Of a DNA stretch of 64,000 nt, positions 9,986 to 20,050 are shown one piece after another. The first letter of the stretch is position 1. Each line of letters opens with the position of its first letter. The notes beneath the pieces were generated by a model that searched no databases, had not been told where the DNA came from, and saw only the letters and a list, made by a program, of their open reading frames with translations. Both the position numbers and the translations under genes were made by a program. The stretch is from positions 73,131 through 137,130 of the forward strand of contig JAWXBR010000054.1 of NCBI GenBank assembly GCA_034440235.1, read 5' to 3'. Origin of the DNA: a bacterium. GTDB taxonomy: Bacteria > Bacteroidota > Ignavibacteria > Kapaibacteriales > Kapaibacteriaceae.

Positions 9986-11161
9986 ATGCCCGACTTCTCC
10001 TTCCTTTCCGACTTCTCCTTCCCTTTAGTATATCAACTGCTCATCACCGCTGTACTCTGCGCGCTAACAGCAACCGGAGCCTGGAATATCTGGCGCATGA
10101 AGCGCCTTGGCGGTAGCAGCCCCTTACCGATTGGCAGCAGCAGCCCATTTCCGATTGATGGACGCCATATTTCGGTGTTAGTGCCAGCGCGAAACGAAGA
10201 GCGCTGTATTGAGGCATGTGTTCGTTCGTTGTGTTTGCAGACGTATCTGAACGCAGAGGTGATTGTTCTTGACGACGGGTCTACAGATGCGACGCCATCG
10301 ATCCTCCGTGGTCTGCAACTAGAGTTTCCAACATTGAAGGTTATCTGTGGTACTCCGCTGCCTACAGGATGGGTTGGCAAATCGTGGGCGTGCCACCAAC
10401 TTTCGCTGGTTGCAACTGGCGATGTATTGTTGTTCACAGATGCCGACACAGTACACGAAAAAGAGTGTCTTGCGGCAACGGCTGAGTTTGTCAGAGATGA
10501 GGACGTCGAATTTTTCTCTGTTGTGCCATTTGAAATCATGGGCTCGTTTGCAGAGCATGTCGTGATTCCGATGATTCATGTGCTGTTTATGTGTTCGGTG
10601 CCTACTGGATTGGGTAAGAACAAGGGTAGAAATCCTGCTGCCGCAGCGAACGGACAGTTCATGTGTTTTACTCGTGCAGGTTACGAAAAGGCTGGAGGTC
10701 ATGTTGGGGTGCACGATTCCATGGTCGAAGATCTGTTTCTTGCCAAGAATGCAAAACGAGCTGGCTTGCGAATGATCATGATCGATGCCACACATTTAGT
10801 ATCGTGTCGGATGTACGAGAATGCACGTGACGTAATCGACGGATTTTCAAAAAACTTTTTTCCAGCAACGAACTACAATCTTCTTTCTACCGCGTTTTTT
10901 ATGATGCACGTAGTTACGGCATACATCGTCCCCGTCTTCTTCTGGTTAGAAGGCTGGTACGCACTGACCGTTATACAGCTCAGCGCAGCAGCTTGTATTC
11001 GACTAATGATTGCGTTGAAATTTCGAATGCCGCTATGGCATGTGTTCCTGCAGCCAATCACGGCCACATATGCCGTGTTCATTGGCATGAACTCGATACG
11101 ATGGTCGTATTCGAAGCAAGGACTTCGTTGGAAAGGTCGGTCGTATTCAAAAGGAGAGTGA
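9986..11161 (+). CDS. Family 2 glycosyltransferase (membrane-associated)
   Basis: GT-A motifs (SVLVPARNEE, VIVLDDGSTD, DAD) and C-terminal TM helices. An 18-bp direct repeat lies at the 5' end. Confidence 0.75.
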   Translation: MPDFSFLSDFSFPLVYQLLITAVLCALTATGAWNIWRMKRLGGSSPLPIGSSSPFPIDGRHISVLVPARNEERCIEACVRSLCLQTYLNAEVIVLDDGSTDATPSILRGLQLEFPTLKVICGTPLPTGWVGKSWACHQLSLVATGDVLLFTDADTVHEKECLAATAEFVRDEDVEFFSVVPFEIMGSFAEHVVIPMIHVLFMCSVPTGLGKNKGRNPAAAANGQFMCFTRAGYEKAGGHVGVHDSMVEDLFLAKNAKRAGLRMIMIDATHLVSCRMYENARDVIDGFSKNFFPATNYNLLSTAFFMMHVVTAYIVPVFFWLEGWYALTVIQLSAAACIRLMIALKFRMPLWHVFLQPITATYAVFIGMNSIRWSYSKQGLRWKGRSYSKGE

Positions 11162-11162
11162 T

Positions 11163-11564
11163 GTGCAAAAAGCTTCAGCGATAGAACAGATACGCGATCT
11201 CTTCTTGCTTCGGATGCGCGAGCCAGAGGGCGCAGAACATCCGTATTACACAACCGGCTCGATTATCGGCGCAGCGTTGTTGCGCGTTGCCATTATAGCA
11301 GTTCTGTTAATGGTTTTTAACGAGCGTTACGGTTCGACGAGTTGGTGGTGGACTATTGCGCTTTTTTCTCTTTGGGGCATTGGAGCCTACCCTGCCTGGG
11401 TGCAATACCGGCGATTTAACGAGTCAGTCGAGAAGATTACAGAAGGAACATTATGCGGATCGTGCAGACACTTTAATCCTACAAATCAGTTGTGCATGAT
11501 ACTCGACGAACACGTAACAAGCGATCTACCACCGTGTGAAGGCGAGGCGTGGGAACCTAAATAG
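11163..11564 (+). CDS. Small membrane protein, hypothetical (translationally coupled to the glycosyltransferase)
   Basis: 2 TM helices and a C-terminal CxxC...C motif. Start uncertain (GTG). Confidence 0.4.
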   Translation: MQKASAIEQIRDLFLLRMREPEGAEHPYYTTGSIIGAALLRVAIIAVLLMVFNERYGSTSWWWTIALFSLWGIGAYPAWVQYRRFNESVEKITEGTLCGSCRHFNPTNQLCMILDEHVTSDLPPCEGEAWEPK

Positions 11565-11606
11565 CATCCCGATGTGCATCTATTTCAAAGTATCGTAAGC
11601 AAGTAG

Positions 11607-13013
11607 CTATTTCAACACATTCATGCGCTTGAGTTTGTATTGGCCCTTGTCGTCGACCTCGAACGAAAATGTCTTGTTCACAGAATTCGAATACGTCCAA
11701 ACTTCGACAGGCTTGTTGTTGGGCGCCAACTTCTTAGCGACATTCGATGGCGGTCCGTAGAATATGTAAATTTTTCCACGATCTGCATGTGCACCGTCCG
11801 GCTCAGCTAATGTGCTATAGATGAAGAAAGCCTGGTCGACCCTTCTGTAATACTCTGCCATCCGCTCATTGTATGTTGTATTCGGAGTAGGGTCCTGCTG
11901 ACGCCAATACGCCATTAATTTTTCCCGTCGTTCGGCATCCGAACCACCGTCGATGGCATCATGCACGTCTGCCGTGGCTACATAGCGAAGGATGTCGACA
12001 CCATAGTTGATTGTCCGCAACGACAACGGCATCGTCTCCCATAGAATCTGAAACGCGATCTTCATTGTGTCCGATCCTCCAACACGCACAAGCACCATCT
12101 CATAACGTCCAGGAACAAGCCCTGTCACAGGTATGGGCACTTCAATAATTGCCACGCTGCCGGTTCCACTCCTCTCATCGATTTCAAGAAGCGGTGTGTC
12201 GTTCGTTGAGCTTGGTGACAACTCAATCGCCTGCTTGGGACGTGACTTTAACCGACCCTGGATTTCCGACACAGCCCACCACCGAATGTCCCGTGCATCG
12301 TATGGCAACTGCCGTATGATATAGTCATACGATCGTTCAGTGGAATCCGAAACGAGTAGAAGTGCCACTGCATCTATTGCACCGAACGATACGTTGCCAC
12401 CGAATATGAAGGGTTGTACTGTTGTGCCGCCAGATTTGGCAAGGGGTAGTCCGAAGATTGGTTGCGTGATCTGGCTGTTTGTCGATAACGGATTGAATGA
12501 CAACGCGGGAAGCTTGAGCTTACGCTGTTGACTCTCTTTTTTTGCAAGAAGCTCAACGGAAACGACGTATGTACCAGGTCCAACACCAACGGATGACCAT
12601 CCATAGTGAAAGTCCGTCTTGCTATTTGTCTCTTCAAACGTGTTGGTGTAGGCGGTATCCTTCCAAGGCACACGCTGTCTGATTACACCAAGCGAGTCGC
12701 GGACCTCGATGCTTACACTCATCTCTGCTTTGAAATTTCCACCAATGTCAAAGCGATCATCATTACGTACGAACGTCAGGAAGTCGTTCGCCAAGCGAAA
12801 CATCACAATGATGCGAGCCGAGTCGCCACGCTCTGTGGGTATAGCTACTGCTTCTGCATGAAACCGATCGCCGTAGTCAAGGAACATCATACGGTCCTGC
12901 ACTCCACGTCCCTGACCGAATGCACTCGTTGCAGCAACTGCTAATAAACACACCGCATGAACAATTGTCGATCTAATCATAGTTGTGTCGTTGAGCAATT
13001 GTCGATTTTTCAT
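11607..13013 (-). CDS. Secreted hypothetical protein (signal peptide)
   Basis: N-terminal signal MIRSTIVHAVCLLAVAATSAFGQ. No recognisable catalytic motifs. Confidence 0.5.
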   Translation of the reverse strand: MKNRQLLNDTTMIRSTIVHAVCLLAVAATSAFGQGRGVQDRMMFLDYGDRFHAEAVAIPTERGDSARIIVMFRLANDFLTFVRNDDRFDIGGNFKAEMSVSIEVRDSLGVIRQRVPWKDTAYTNTFEETNSKTDFHYGWSSVGVGPGTYVVSVELLAKKESQQRKLKLPALSFNPLSTNSQITQPIFGLPLAKSGGTTVQPFIFGGNVSFGAIDAVALLLVSDSTERSYDYIIRQLPYDARDIRWWAVSEIQGRLKSRPKQAIELSPSSTNDTPLLEIDERSGTGSVAIIEVPIPVTGLVPGRYEMVLVRVGGSDTMKIAFQILWETMPLSLRTINYGVDILRYVATADVHDAIDGGSDAERREKLMAYWRQQDPTPNTTYNERMAEYYRRVDQAFFIYSTLAEPDGAHADRGKIYIFYGPPSNVAKKLAPNNKPVEVWTYSNSVNKTFSFEVDDKGQYKLKRMNVLK

Positions 13014-13459
13014 AGTGTACCTTCGAGAAAGTCTCGCAGCAGTACTGCTGCTGCAACTTCATCCTTCTTGCCTTTTGCATGCCGTTGTTGCTTACGCATT
13101 CCCGACGAACGCATCACTTCGAACGCACGCTTGGTGCTGAATGATTCGTCGATTTCATATACAGAAATCGGAATGCGTTTCTTGAATTCCTCTACAAACA
13201 CACCAATACGTTCAATGATCGGTGTGATGCGACCATCTTCCAACCACGGAACGCCCACCATGACGACATCGACGCGGTCATCGTGCAGACGTTTCTCGAG
13301 TTCATCCCAAACCGTGTCCTGCCTATTCTCGATCGCCGGTCGCGTAGACACCACAATATGCATTTCGTCACAAACTGCCACACCGATACGAGCATCACCA
13401 TAGTCAAGGACAGCAATACGCTTACCAATAAGAGCCTGCCTGTCTGGTGGGTTACTCAT
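13010..13459 (-). CDS. ruvX: Holliday junction resolvase-like nuclease RuvX/YqgF
   Basis: IAVLDYGDARIGVAVCD ... VVMVGVPW ... YEIDESFST is a classic YqgF pattern. True ATG is at 13459; the track extension upstream is spurious. ATGA overlap with the histidine kinase stop. Confidence 0.8.
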   Translation of the reverse strand: MSNPPDRQALIGKRIAVLDYGDARIGVAVCDEMHIVVSTRPAIENRQDTVWDELEKRLHDDRVDVVMVGVPWLEDGRITPIIERIGVFVEEFKKRIPISVYEIDESFSTKRAFEVMRSSGMRKQQRHAKGKKDEVAAAVLLRDFLEGTL

Positions 13460-15756
13460 TGGTCTTCTTCGACAGCATATCGAGCATTTCTTAGACGCGG
13501 ACCTTCCATGCCGTGCGGAATTCGAAACACGACCTGCGTGCCCGCCCCAAGCTGACTGCTTACGCGAAGCGATCCGTTGTGTAGATGCACCACATGCTGC
13601 ATAATCATCGTTCCAATACCAGTGCCAGAGCCGTCTTTGGATGTTGTGAAGTACGGGCGCATCATGTTTGCAAGCGTATGTGCATCCATGCCAGCACCAG
13701 TATCGCTTACACGCACATATACATACGTGCGATCGAACCACGTTGCAATCTCTACCTGTCCAGGCTGACCACGCAATGCCTTGATTCCATTCTCGACTGC
13801 ATTTCTGATAGCACGCGACAGCTTAAGCCTGTCTACATTCATCATCGTACCACGCAGCTTCATCGAAAATGTGACATGCGGAAACATGCCGGGATCGAAT
13901 TCATGTCGGATTTCTGTGCACAGTTCCGCACTATGCACCAATCCTCTCTCGAGATTTTCGGAACGTCCTACACTCACCAGGTCGCGCACTCGCTGGATAA
14001 GTACACCAACTTGAAAAAGGATGCGGCGGCGGCGCTCGGCATCGGGCTCGACCGGACTTGATTGAAGCTGCTCGGCGTTCAGTCGAATTGTCGACAGATT
14101 GGTTTGCATGTCGTGTGCAAGCTGCGCCCAATTCACCAATCGACGACGTTCCAACGCCTCTGTGATGTCAACACCTGTAATGATCGTACCGGTATATCGA
14201 CCCATCAAGCCATGCAAAGGCACACTGTTGCATACCAGTTCGCGATGTTCACCCTTTTCGACAACCGTAACCTTTTCTGATAACGAGGTGCGCGCAATTG
14301 TAACGTGTGTTAGGAATTCAAGAAGGTCGGCTATGTCGTCATGCACCATGTACGAACGATACAGCCTACGCATAGGTACATTCTTTGTGATTCGAAGAAG
14401 TTTAGCCCCACGCTCATTTGTACGTAGAAGTCGGCCGTTCGCATCGAGCATAAACACAACACCAGCACCTGGCAGGTCGATCATTGCATCGATCGTTCGC
14501 CTCTGTCGTCGATAAAGCACATACAGAACACCAAGGCATATCAGAAGAAACAGCGGCAGGATGTACCGCAACGCAGTATCAAGAAACCGCCGAACCATCC
14601 ACAATTGATGCGTCGTTCGGCTTAGCAGAAGGGAGCCCCTTGCACTTGTAAACAACACGCCATCGGGTTGCGTCGATACCGCTGCAGTATGTGCATCGAC
14701 GTTTACCGAAATCGCATCGCGAGAAAGGATCTCGCCTGACGATAGTGCACTTACGATTCCACCACTGAAGAGTATGTATATCGTGTCTCCACTAACGAGT
14801 ACAACACGAGGTTGCCCAAATTCGCCGGGTAGTACTTCTCCAACAGGAATCTGCTCTGCCCCGCCAAGAGGCGTTATGGCCAGCTCATATCGGCCCTCAC
14901 GCATTGCAACGACAGCTAGACGAATTCCTTCGTCCGTCGGAACAGTTGCCACCAATGCCGCGGGAACGTTAAGGGTTATGTAACTGGATTGTGTTGTTAC
15001 AGGATCGACTACGGTTACCTGCGTACCACGTGCTTCGTCTATCGGTGTCCGCACGACAATCTTCGAGGCATTAACGTCGATGCGTGCAACAGACGCCATT
15101 GGTACAGAAGGTGTAATGCGGCGTTCCAGAACAGAATCGAGTACCGTTAGATAAGCCACATTGCCAACGTCGGAGACGAAGGCAGCTCTATACGGACCCA
15201 CTGCGTCGAATAATGCTGCACCTCGAACGCGGTCTTCGAGAAGTCTACACGTCAGCAGAACGCTACTGTCGCGCTCCACACTTCCACCACCTGCAATCGA
15301 TGCGACATACAACCTGTCACCAACGCTAACAAGTGCATACGGCGTAGTGGTCTGCGCAAGAATTCGGATTTCGGTGTCAAATCGCTGACTTACATCGACA
15401 TCGAGTGGAACTATTACAAAAACGTTCAATGCTTTATCTAAAAACAAAACATTCGTCACGCGGCCATCACACTGTACAGCCAGGATTCCTTTCTGCCAAG
15501 GCACTGCAGCTCGAACGTCTGCTCCAACAAGCGCCGAATCGAGAACCAGACCACGACGCGTTATGAAGCTTATCGCAGGTGTAGCAACCGACCATACCGG
15601 ACGCGGTGTAAGCTTAAGAAAGCGGTTGTCCTCGCCGGGCATTGGTACAACAAAGGCCGTAAAGACTCGCTGCCTCACAAGAGCATAAGGGTCGCTCTTA
15701 TGCGCATGCGCGAATTGAAACGCAATGCACAACACAGCAACCAACGTTAGTTTCAT
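13456..15756 (-). CDS. Sensor histidine kinase with large periplasmic domain (orphan)
   Basis: Signal peptide, ~350-aa periplasmic region, TM helix, HisKA H-box LAHDMQTNL, HATPase_c boxes (NAVENG, SDTGAGMD, GTGIGT). No response regulator adjacent. Confidence 0.8.
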   Translation of the reverse strand: MKLTLVAVLCIAFQFAHAHKSDPYALVRQRVFTAFVVPMPGEDNRFLKLTPRPVWSVATPAISFITRRGLVLDSALVGADVRAAVPWQKGILAVQCDGRVTNVLFLDKALNVFVIVPLDVDVSQRFDTEIRILAQTTTPYALVSVGDRLYVASIAGGGSVERDSSVLLTCRLLEDRVRGAALFDAVGPYRAAFVSDVGNVAYLTVLDSVLERRITPSVPMASVARIDVNASKIVVRTPIDEARGTQVTVVDPVTTQSSYITLNVPAALVATVPTDEGIRLAVVAMREGRYELAITPLGGAEQIPVGEVLPGEFGQPRVVLVSGDTIYILFSGGIVSALSSGEILSRDAISVNVDAHTAAVSTQPDGVLFTSARGSLLLSRTTHQLWMVRRFLDTALRYILPLFLLICLGVLYVLYRRQRRTIDAMIDLPGAGVVFMLDANGRLLRTNERGAKLLRITKNVPMRRLYRSYMVHDDIADLLEFLTHVTIARTSLSEKVTVVEKGEHRELVCNSVPLHGLMGRYTGTIITGVDITEALERRRLVNWAQLAHDMQTNLSTIRLNAEQLQSSPVEPDAERRRRILFQVGVLIQRVRDLVSVGRSENLERGLVHSAELCTEIRHEFDPGMFPHVTFSMKLRGTMMNVDRLKLSRAIRNAVENGIKALRGQPGQVEIATWFDRTYVYVRVSDTGAGMDAHTLANMMRPYFTTSKDGSGTGIGTMIMQHVVHLHNGSLRVSSQLGAGTQVVFRIPHGMEGPRLRNARYAVEEDQ

Positions 15757-16223
15757 CGGGGCTGAATCTCACAAATGCACCATGCCTGCACGCCTTCACC
15801 ACGACCAGCAAATCCGATGTTCTCTGATGTGGTTGCCTTGATGCTGACTCGATTAAGGGGCATATCTGTCATCGCTGCAACTGCTTCACGCATTTGCAAC
15901 TTGAATGGTAGAATTTTTGGAGACTGAAGAACGAGCGTTATATCGATGTTTATGATGCGAAATCCCTGCTCGCGCACAAGTTTTACAGCATGCTCGACAA
16001 AAACCGAACTGGCCGAACCCTTCCACTGCGGATCTGTATCGGGGAAATGCTCGCCGATGTCACCTAAGGCCAGAGCCCCCAGCAACGCATCGACAAGTGC
16101 ATGAAGAATTACGTCGCCATCGCTGTGAGCAACCGTGCCTGTTTCGGATGGAATCCTCACACCTCCGAGTACCAGAGACTCGCCTTCTGCCAGGCGGTGA
16201 ACGTCATAACCAAGTCCTATCAT
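15753..16223 (-). CDS. ispF: 2-C-methyl-D-erythritol 2,4-cyclodiphosphate synthase
   Basis: GYDVHRL, SDGDVILHAL, DIGEHFPDTD and ATTSENIGFAGRGEG motifs. Overlaps the histidine kinase start. Confidence 0.9.
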   Translation of the reverse strand: MIGLGYDVHRLAEGESLVLGGVRIPSETGTVAHSDGDVILHALVDALLGALALGDIGEHFPDTDPQWKGSASSVFVEHAVKLVREQGFRIINIDITLVLQSPKILPFKLQMREAVAAMTDMPLNRVSIKATTSENIGFAGRGEGVQAWCICEIQPR

Positions 16224-16258
16224 ACCCGAAGCTACGATGTACGCCAGTATATTGAGGC

Positions 16259-17464
16259 ATGGAAGAGGCCGTCAGTGTAAGTGACCTGACCAAGGCAATC
16301 CGCCTGCTGCTCGAAGAAGGCATAGGCGATGTGGTTGTCGAGGGCGAAATCACGAACTACAAACATCATTCATCGGGACACCGCTACTTTACGTTAAAGG
16401 ATGAGGACGCCTCTATCCAATGTGTGATGTGGAAGAGCCGGAACATCAACTTCATTCCAGAAGACGGGATGCGAGTGCTGATTTTCGGACGCCTTAGTGT
16501 CTATCCGCCGCAAGGACGCTACCAGATCGACTGCACAACAATGCGTCCGTTCGGACTCGGTGATCTGCACGTTGCACTCGAGCAACTGAAGAAAAAACTG
16601 CTCGCACTAGGCTGGTTCGATGAAGCACGCAAAAGACCCTTACCGACCCTTCCCATGCGCATCGGAGTAATTACATCACCAACGGGTGCGGCACTTCATG
16701 ACATCATTTCCACAATACGTCGCCGCCTCCCCGTAGTCGAGATTGTGTTTCGTCCGGCACTCGTGCAAGGCGACGGCTCGGCCGAAGACATTGCAAAGGC
16801 CATTGCCGAAGTAAATCGTGTTGGTGCTGATGTATTGATTGTAGGGCGCGGAGGGGGCTCGATTGAAGATCTGTGGTCGTTTAACACAGAGATCGTTGCC
16901 GAAGCAATTGTAATGTCGGACATCCCCGTTGTGTCGGCGGTCGGACACGAGACCGATTGGACAATAGCCGACGGCGTTGCCGACAGGCGTGCTGCTACGC
17001 CAACCGCGGCCGCAGAAATGGTAACGCCTTTCACAACAGAGAGTTTGCTACAGACCATTGCCCACCACGAAGCACTGATGTTGCAGCGTATGTCGACGCG
17101 TGTTGCACGTGTGCAGGAGATTGTAACCGAGTTTAGAGATGGTACAACTGCACGTCGTTTGACAGAGCGTGTACACTTACGAGCACAGCGTGTAGACGAA
17201 CTAACGTCACGCATGGCTCGCGGTGCAGTCCAGCATGTTGCTATGCTTCGGCGTCAGGTCGAACACGTTGCTGCCCTATGCGCCACACTACATCCACTGG
17301 CTCCGTTGCGCCGTGGGTATGCAATTGTCGAACGCAATGGTCACATTCTAAGCACCACCGACAAACTCATACAGGGCGAGAGTGTACAGGTACGACGTCA
17401 CAATGAAATTGCAACGGTAACAGTAAACACACGCGAAGACACTAGGGCTAATCTCAATGAGTAA
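16259..17464 (+). CDS. xseA: Exodeoxyribonuclease VII large subunit
   Basis: OB-fold N-terminus (VEGEITNYKHHSSGHRYFTLKD), catalytic core GVITSPTGAALHD...RGGGS. Confidence 0.9.
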   Translation: MEEAVSVSDLTKAIRLLLEEGIGDVVVEGEITNYKHHSSGHRYFTLKDEDASIQCVMWKSRNINFIPEDGMRVLIFGRLSVYPPQGRYQIDCTTMRPFGLGDLHVALEQLKKKLLALGWFDEARKRPLPTLPMRIGVITSPTGAALHDIISTIRRRLPVVEIVFRPALVQGDGSAEDIAKAIAEVNRVGADVLIVGRGGGSIEDLWSFNTEIVAEAIVMSDIPVVSAVGHETDWTIADGVADRRAATPTAAAEMVTPFTTESLLQTIAHHEALMLQRMSTRVARVQEIVTEFRDGTTARRLTERVHLRAQRVDELTSRMARGAVQHVAMLRRQVEHVAALCATLHPLAPLRRGYAIVERNGHILSTTDKLIQGESVQVRRHNEIATVTVNTREDTRANLNE

Positions 17465-17678
17465 AAGCAAAGAATCAGCAGTACAAACGCTCGAGGATCA
17501 GTTGCGGCGACTGCAAGAGATTGCATCGCTCCTCGATGCTGGCGATCTGCCACTCGAAGAACAACTGCGCCTTTACGAAGAAGGCATAACGCTTGCGAAT
17601 ACATGTCGCGATTATCTTACAAGTGCCGAACTGCGTATACAAAATCTGGCAGGTGGGAATGTATCGTCCGCGACATAA
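17457..17678 (+). CDS. xseB: Exodeoxyribonuclease VII small subunit
   Basis: 73-aa helical protein, LEEQLRRLQEIASLLDAGDLPLEEQLRLYEEG. 8-bp overlap with xseA. Confidence 0.85.
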   Translation: MSKSKESAVQTLEDQLRRLQEIASLLDAGDLPLEEQLRLYEEGITLANTCRDYLTSAELRIQNLAGGNVSSAT

Positions 17679-18240
17679 CGACTGGACCGATCGCGAAGCC
17701 ATCGTTGCATTCTGCAAGGCACATCCTTTTGCAATGTTTGTAACGACCGACGCTACAGAGTTACGTCCGGTTGTTACACACATACCTGTTATTGTCCGCG
17801 ACAATGCAGGTGAATTAACATGTACACTACACATTGCGCGACCGAACAAACAATGGCAAGGAATAGATAAGACAGAAGTGTTGCTCGTATTCATGGGTCC
17901 ACATGCCTACATCGATCCACGCGGCTACGAAGAGCTTGATGTACCAACGTGGAATTACATCGCAGTGCACTTGTATGGCATCGTACGAGTTATTTCAGAG
18001 CCAGACGATGTACGCGCCCGCCTCCGACTGCTCGTTGAGCAGCATGGCAGCGCAGGGTTGTGGAAGCACCTAGAAGGCCCCCTTGTAGAGCCCCTTATCA
18101 ATGGCATCGTGATGATGGATGTGCACATCACCGACGTGCAAGGGAAACGCAAGATGAGTCAGAATAGAAGCGACGTAGACCGAGCGTATGGCGAGCAGCA
18201 GGTCTTTCCTGAGGGCACAACCGATACTACTCGGCCTTGA
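17659..18240 (+). CDS. PaiB-like FMN-binding negative transcriptional regulator family protein
   Basis: MYRPRHNDWTD...FAMFVTTD...GPHAYI pattern typical of the PaiB family. Start moved to the ATG at 17659. Confidence 0.55.
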   Translation: MYRPRHNDWTDREAIVAFCKAHPFAMFVTTDATELRPVVTHIPVIVRDNAGELTCTLHIARPNKQWQGIDKTEVLLVFMGPHAYIDPRGYEELDVPTWNYIAVHLYGIVRVISEPDDVRARLRLLVEQHGSAGLWKHLEGPLVEPLINGIVMMDVHITDVQGKRKMSQNRSDVDRAYGEQQVFPEGTTDTTRP

Positions 18241-19207
18241 CAGGCCTGAGCATGAGATTACGAATTGCTGAACGTGGCTCTTCGCCATCGAAGAGAATGG
18301 CAGCTACTTTTTCTGTGATGGGCAACTCGACTCCGAGCGTTGAAGCAAGCTCGAGAGCAGCACGTGTTGTGGGCACACCTTCAGCCACTGCCGTCATGTG
18401 CATGAGAATATCCTGAAGCGTTCTTCCCTTGCCAATCTCGTCGCCGACGAATCTGTTGCGACTGTGCCGCGATGCACATGTCACGATTAAATCGCCAAGT
18501 CCCGCAAGGCCATAGAATGTCTGTTGTTGCGCACCCAGTGCAACACCCAATCGTGATATCTCGGCGAGTCCGCGCGTAATTAGCGCAGCCTTCGTATTGT
18601 CACCCATGCCGAGTCCGTCCACAATACCCGCAGCGATTGCAATGACATTTTTTAATGCACCACACACCTCTACGCCCGTAACATCATCGGACGTGTAGAC
18701 GCGGAATACGTCGGTCGAGAATACATGCTGGGCAAGCAATGCAACATCAGCAAGTGTAGAAGCAGCGACGACGGTTGTTGGCATTCGGGCGATGACTTCT
18801 TCGGCGTGACTCGGACCCGATAGAACACCGAACGATGTGTTGCCGGCGCGAAGGCTTTCCAGAATCTGAGAGACTCGAAGATGTGTGCCGACTTCGATAC
18901 CTTTTGCTACGCTTACTACGTGCGCTCCGCGCAGTACATCAGAAGTGCTTAGAGTACTGCGTATGTGCTGCGTTGGTACAGCAATAACAACGAGATCACT
19001 GCCAATGGTGTCTTCGAGTACCGTTGTTGCATGAACCGCTGCTGGCAAGGTTGCGTTCGGAAGGAAGAGCGTGTTTCGATGATCGCTGTTTATCTCATCT
19101 ACGACATGAGGTTCGCGCCCCCATAACGTCACATCATGCCTATTCTCCGCGGCGATTGCGGCAAGTGCCGTACCCCACGCGCCAGCTCCAAGAACCGTGA
19201 TTCGCAT
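18227..19207 (-). CDS. gpsA: NAD(P)H-dependent glycerol-3-phosphate dehydrogenase
   Basis: ITVLGAGAWGTALA Rossmann motif and C-terminal GAQQQTFYGLAGLGDL motif. Confidence 0.9.
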   Translation of the reverse strand: MRITVLGAGAWGTALAAIAAENRHDVTLWGREPHVVDEINSDHRNTLFLPNATLPAAVHATTVLEDTIGSDLVVIAVPTQHIRSTLSTSDVLRGAHVVSVAKGIEVGTHLRVSQILESLRAGNTSFGVLSGPSHAEEVIARMPTTVVAASTLADVALLAQHVFSTDVFRVYTSDDVTGVEVCGALKNVIAIAAGIVDGLGMGDNTKAALITRGLAEISRLGVALGAQQQTFYGLAGLGDLIVTCASRHSRNRFVGDEIGKGRTLQDILMHMTAVAEGVPTTRAALELASTLGVELPITEKVAAILFDGEEPRSAIRNLMLRPVKAE

Positions 19208-19210
19208 GTG

Positions 19211-19897
19211 TTATTTTCGAGATCGGGTAAGAAACGATGGTTTTTTAAATCGACTTTCTGTTCCCAACAGTAACCGCCGGAGATTTGCTCGGTGCGCATA
19301 GATCACGAGAACAGCCAACGCAATGCAGAAGTAGATGAGTGTGTGGTATCCTTGTATCTCGACGCCAAGAATATTGTGTCGAAAGGCCATCGTACCAGGT
19401 ACCGAAGCAGCAGCAATGATGCTCCCCAGCGATACGTAACCAGATGCGAGAAACAATACAAGGAAGATGCCAAGAGCTATGGCAACTTCGACAGGAGCAA
19501 CAGCGATGAGCACACCTAGAGAGGTATTAATGCCCTTGCCACCTCGCATGCCGGCAAACACCGACCAGATGTGGCCTACAACTGCCGCCAAGCCTGCAAT
19601 GATGCGTACAACCGTTGCGTCCTCGAACGGTGTCCGGTTCTGAAACGGCATCTGTGTGTCAAACAACACCGCCACAAGCGCCACGGCCAGAACACCCTTT
19701 AGAATGTCTGCAGCTTGGACAAGAACACCCCATTTCCACCCAAGGACACGAAATACGTTGGTACTACCCATATTTCCGCTACCTTTTTCGCGGATGTCGA
19801 TATTGAAGAATCGACGACTAATGATCAAAGCAGTCGGAATGGCTCCGATAAGGTAGCTTTGGATAACAATCAATATGAGTCTGAGTAGGGGGTCCAT
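19211..19897 (-). CDS. plsY: Glycerol-3-phosphate acyltransferase PlsY
   Basis: YLIGAIPTALII, GSGNMGSTNVFRVLG. 5-6 TM helices. Confidence 0.9.
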   Translation of the reverse strand: MDPLLRLILIVIQSYLIGAIPTALIISRRFFNIDIREKGSGNMGSTNVFRVLGWKWGVLVQAADILKGVLAVALVAVLFDTQMPFQNRTPFEDATVVRIIAGLAAVVGHIWSVFAGMRGGKGINTSLGVLIAVAPVEVAIALGIFLVLFLASGYVSLGSIIAAASVPGTMAFRHNILGVEIQGYHTLIYFCIALAVLVIYAHRANLRRLLLGTESRFKKPSFLTRSRK

Positions 19898-20050
19898 GTA
19901 GTCGATCTGGTGAGGCGTGCCAATGACGGCATCCGAACCCCAAAATTACACATCTCTGAAGACTCGTAGTATCAAGTTTCCATAAAGACCCGTAAGGGTG
20001 ATGGGTGTGGCGAGGCGAGACTTTCACATTTTTCATGTAGAGGACACAGC

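Noticed and set aside
9990-10025. 18-bp direct repeat CCGACTTCTCCTTCCTTT x2 at the 5' end of the glycosyltransferase gene
   Set aside because: A small local duplication encoding DFSFLSDFSF in the N-terminal region. No evidence of a regulatory role, so it is noted only.
13462-13741. 94-aa N-terminal extension of ruvX in the ORF track (MVRSHVCICACKRYWCW...)
   Set aside because: Cys/Trp/Arg-rich nonsense that overlaps the histidine kinase coding region. The YqgF alignment starts at the ATG at 13459. This is an over-extension artefact from taking the first GTG/TTG/ATG. The same was done for bamA, pheT, zapA, the PaiB-like gene and the lipoprotein gene.
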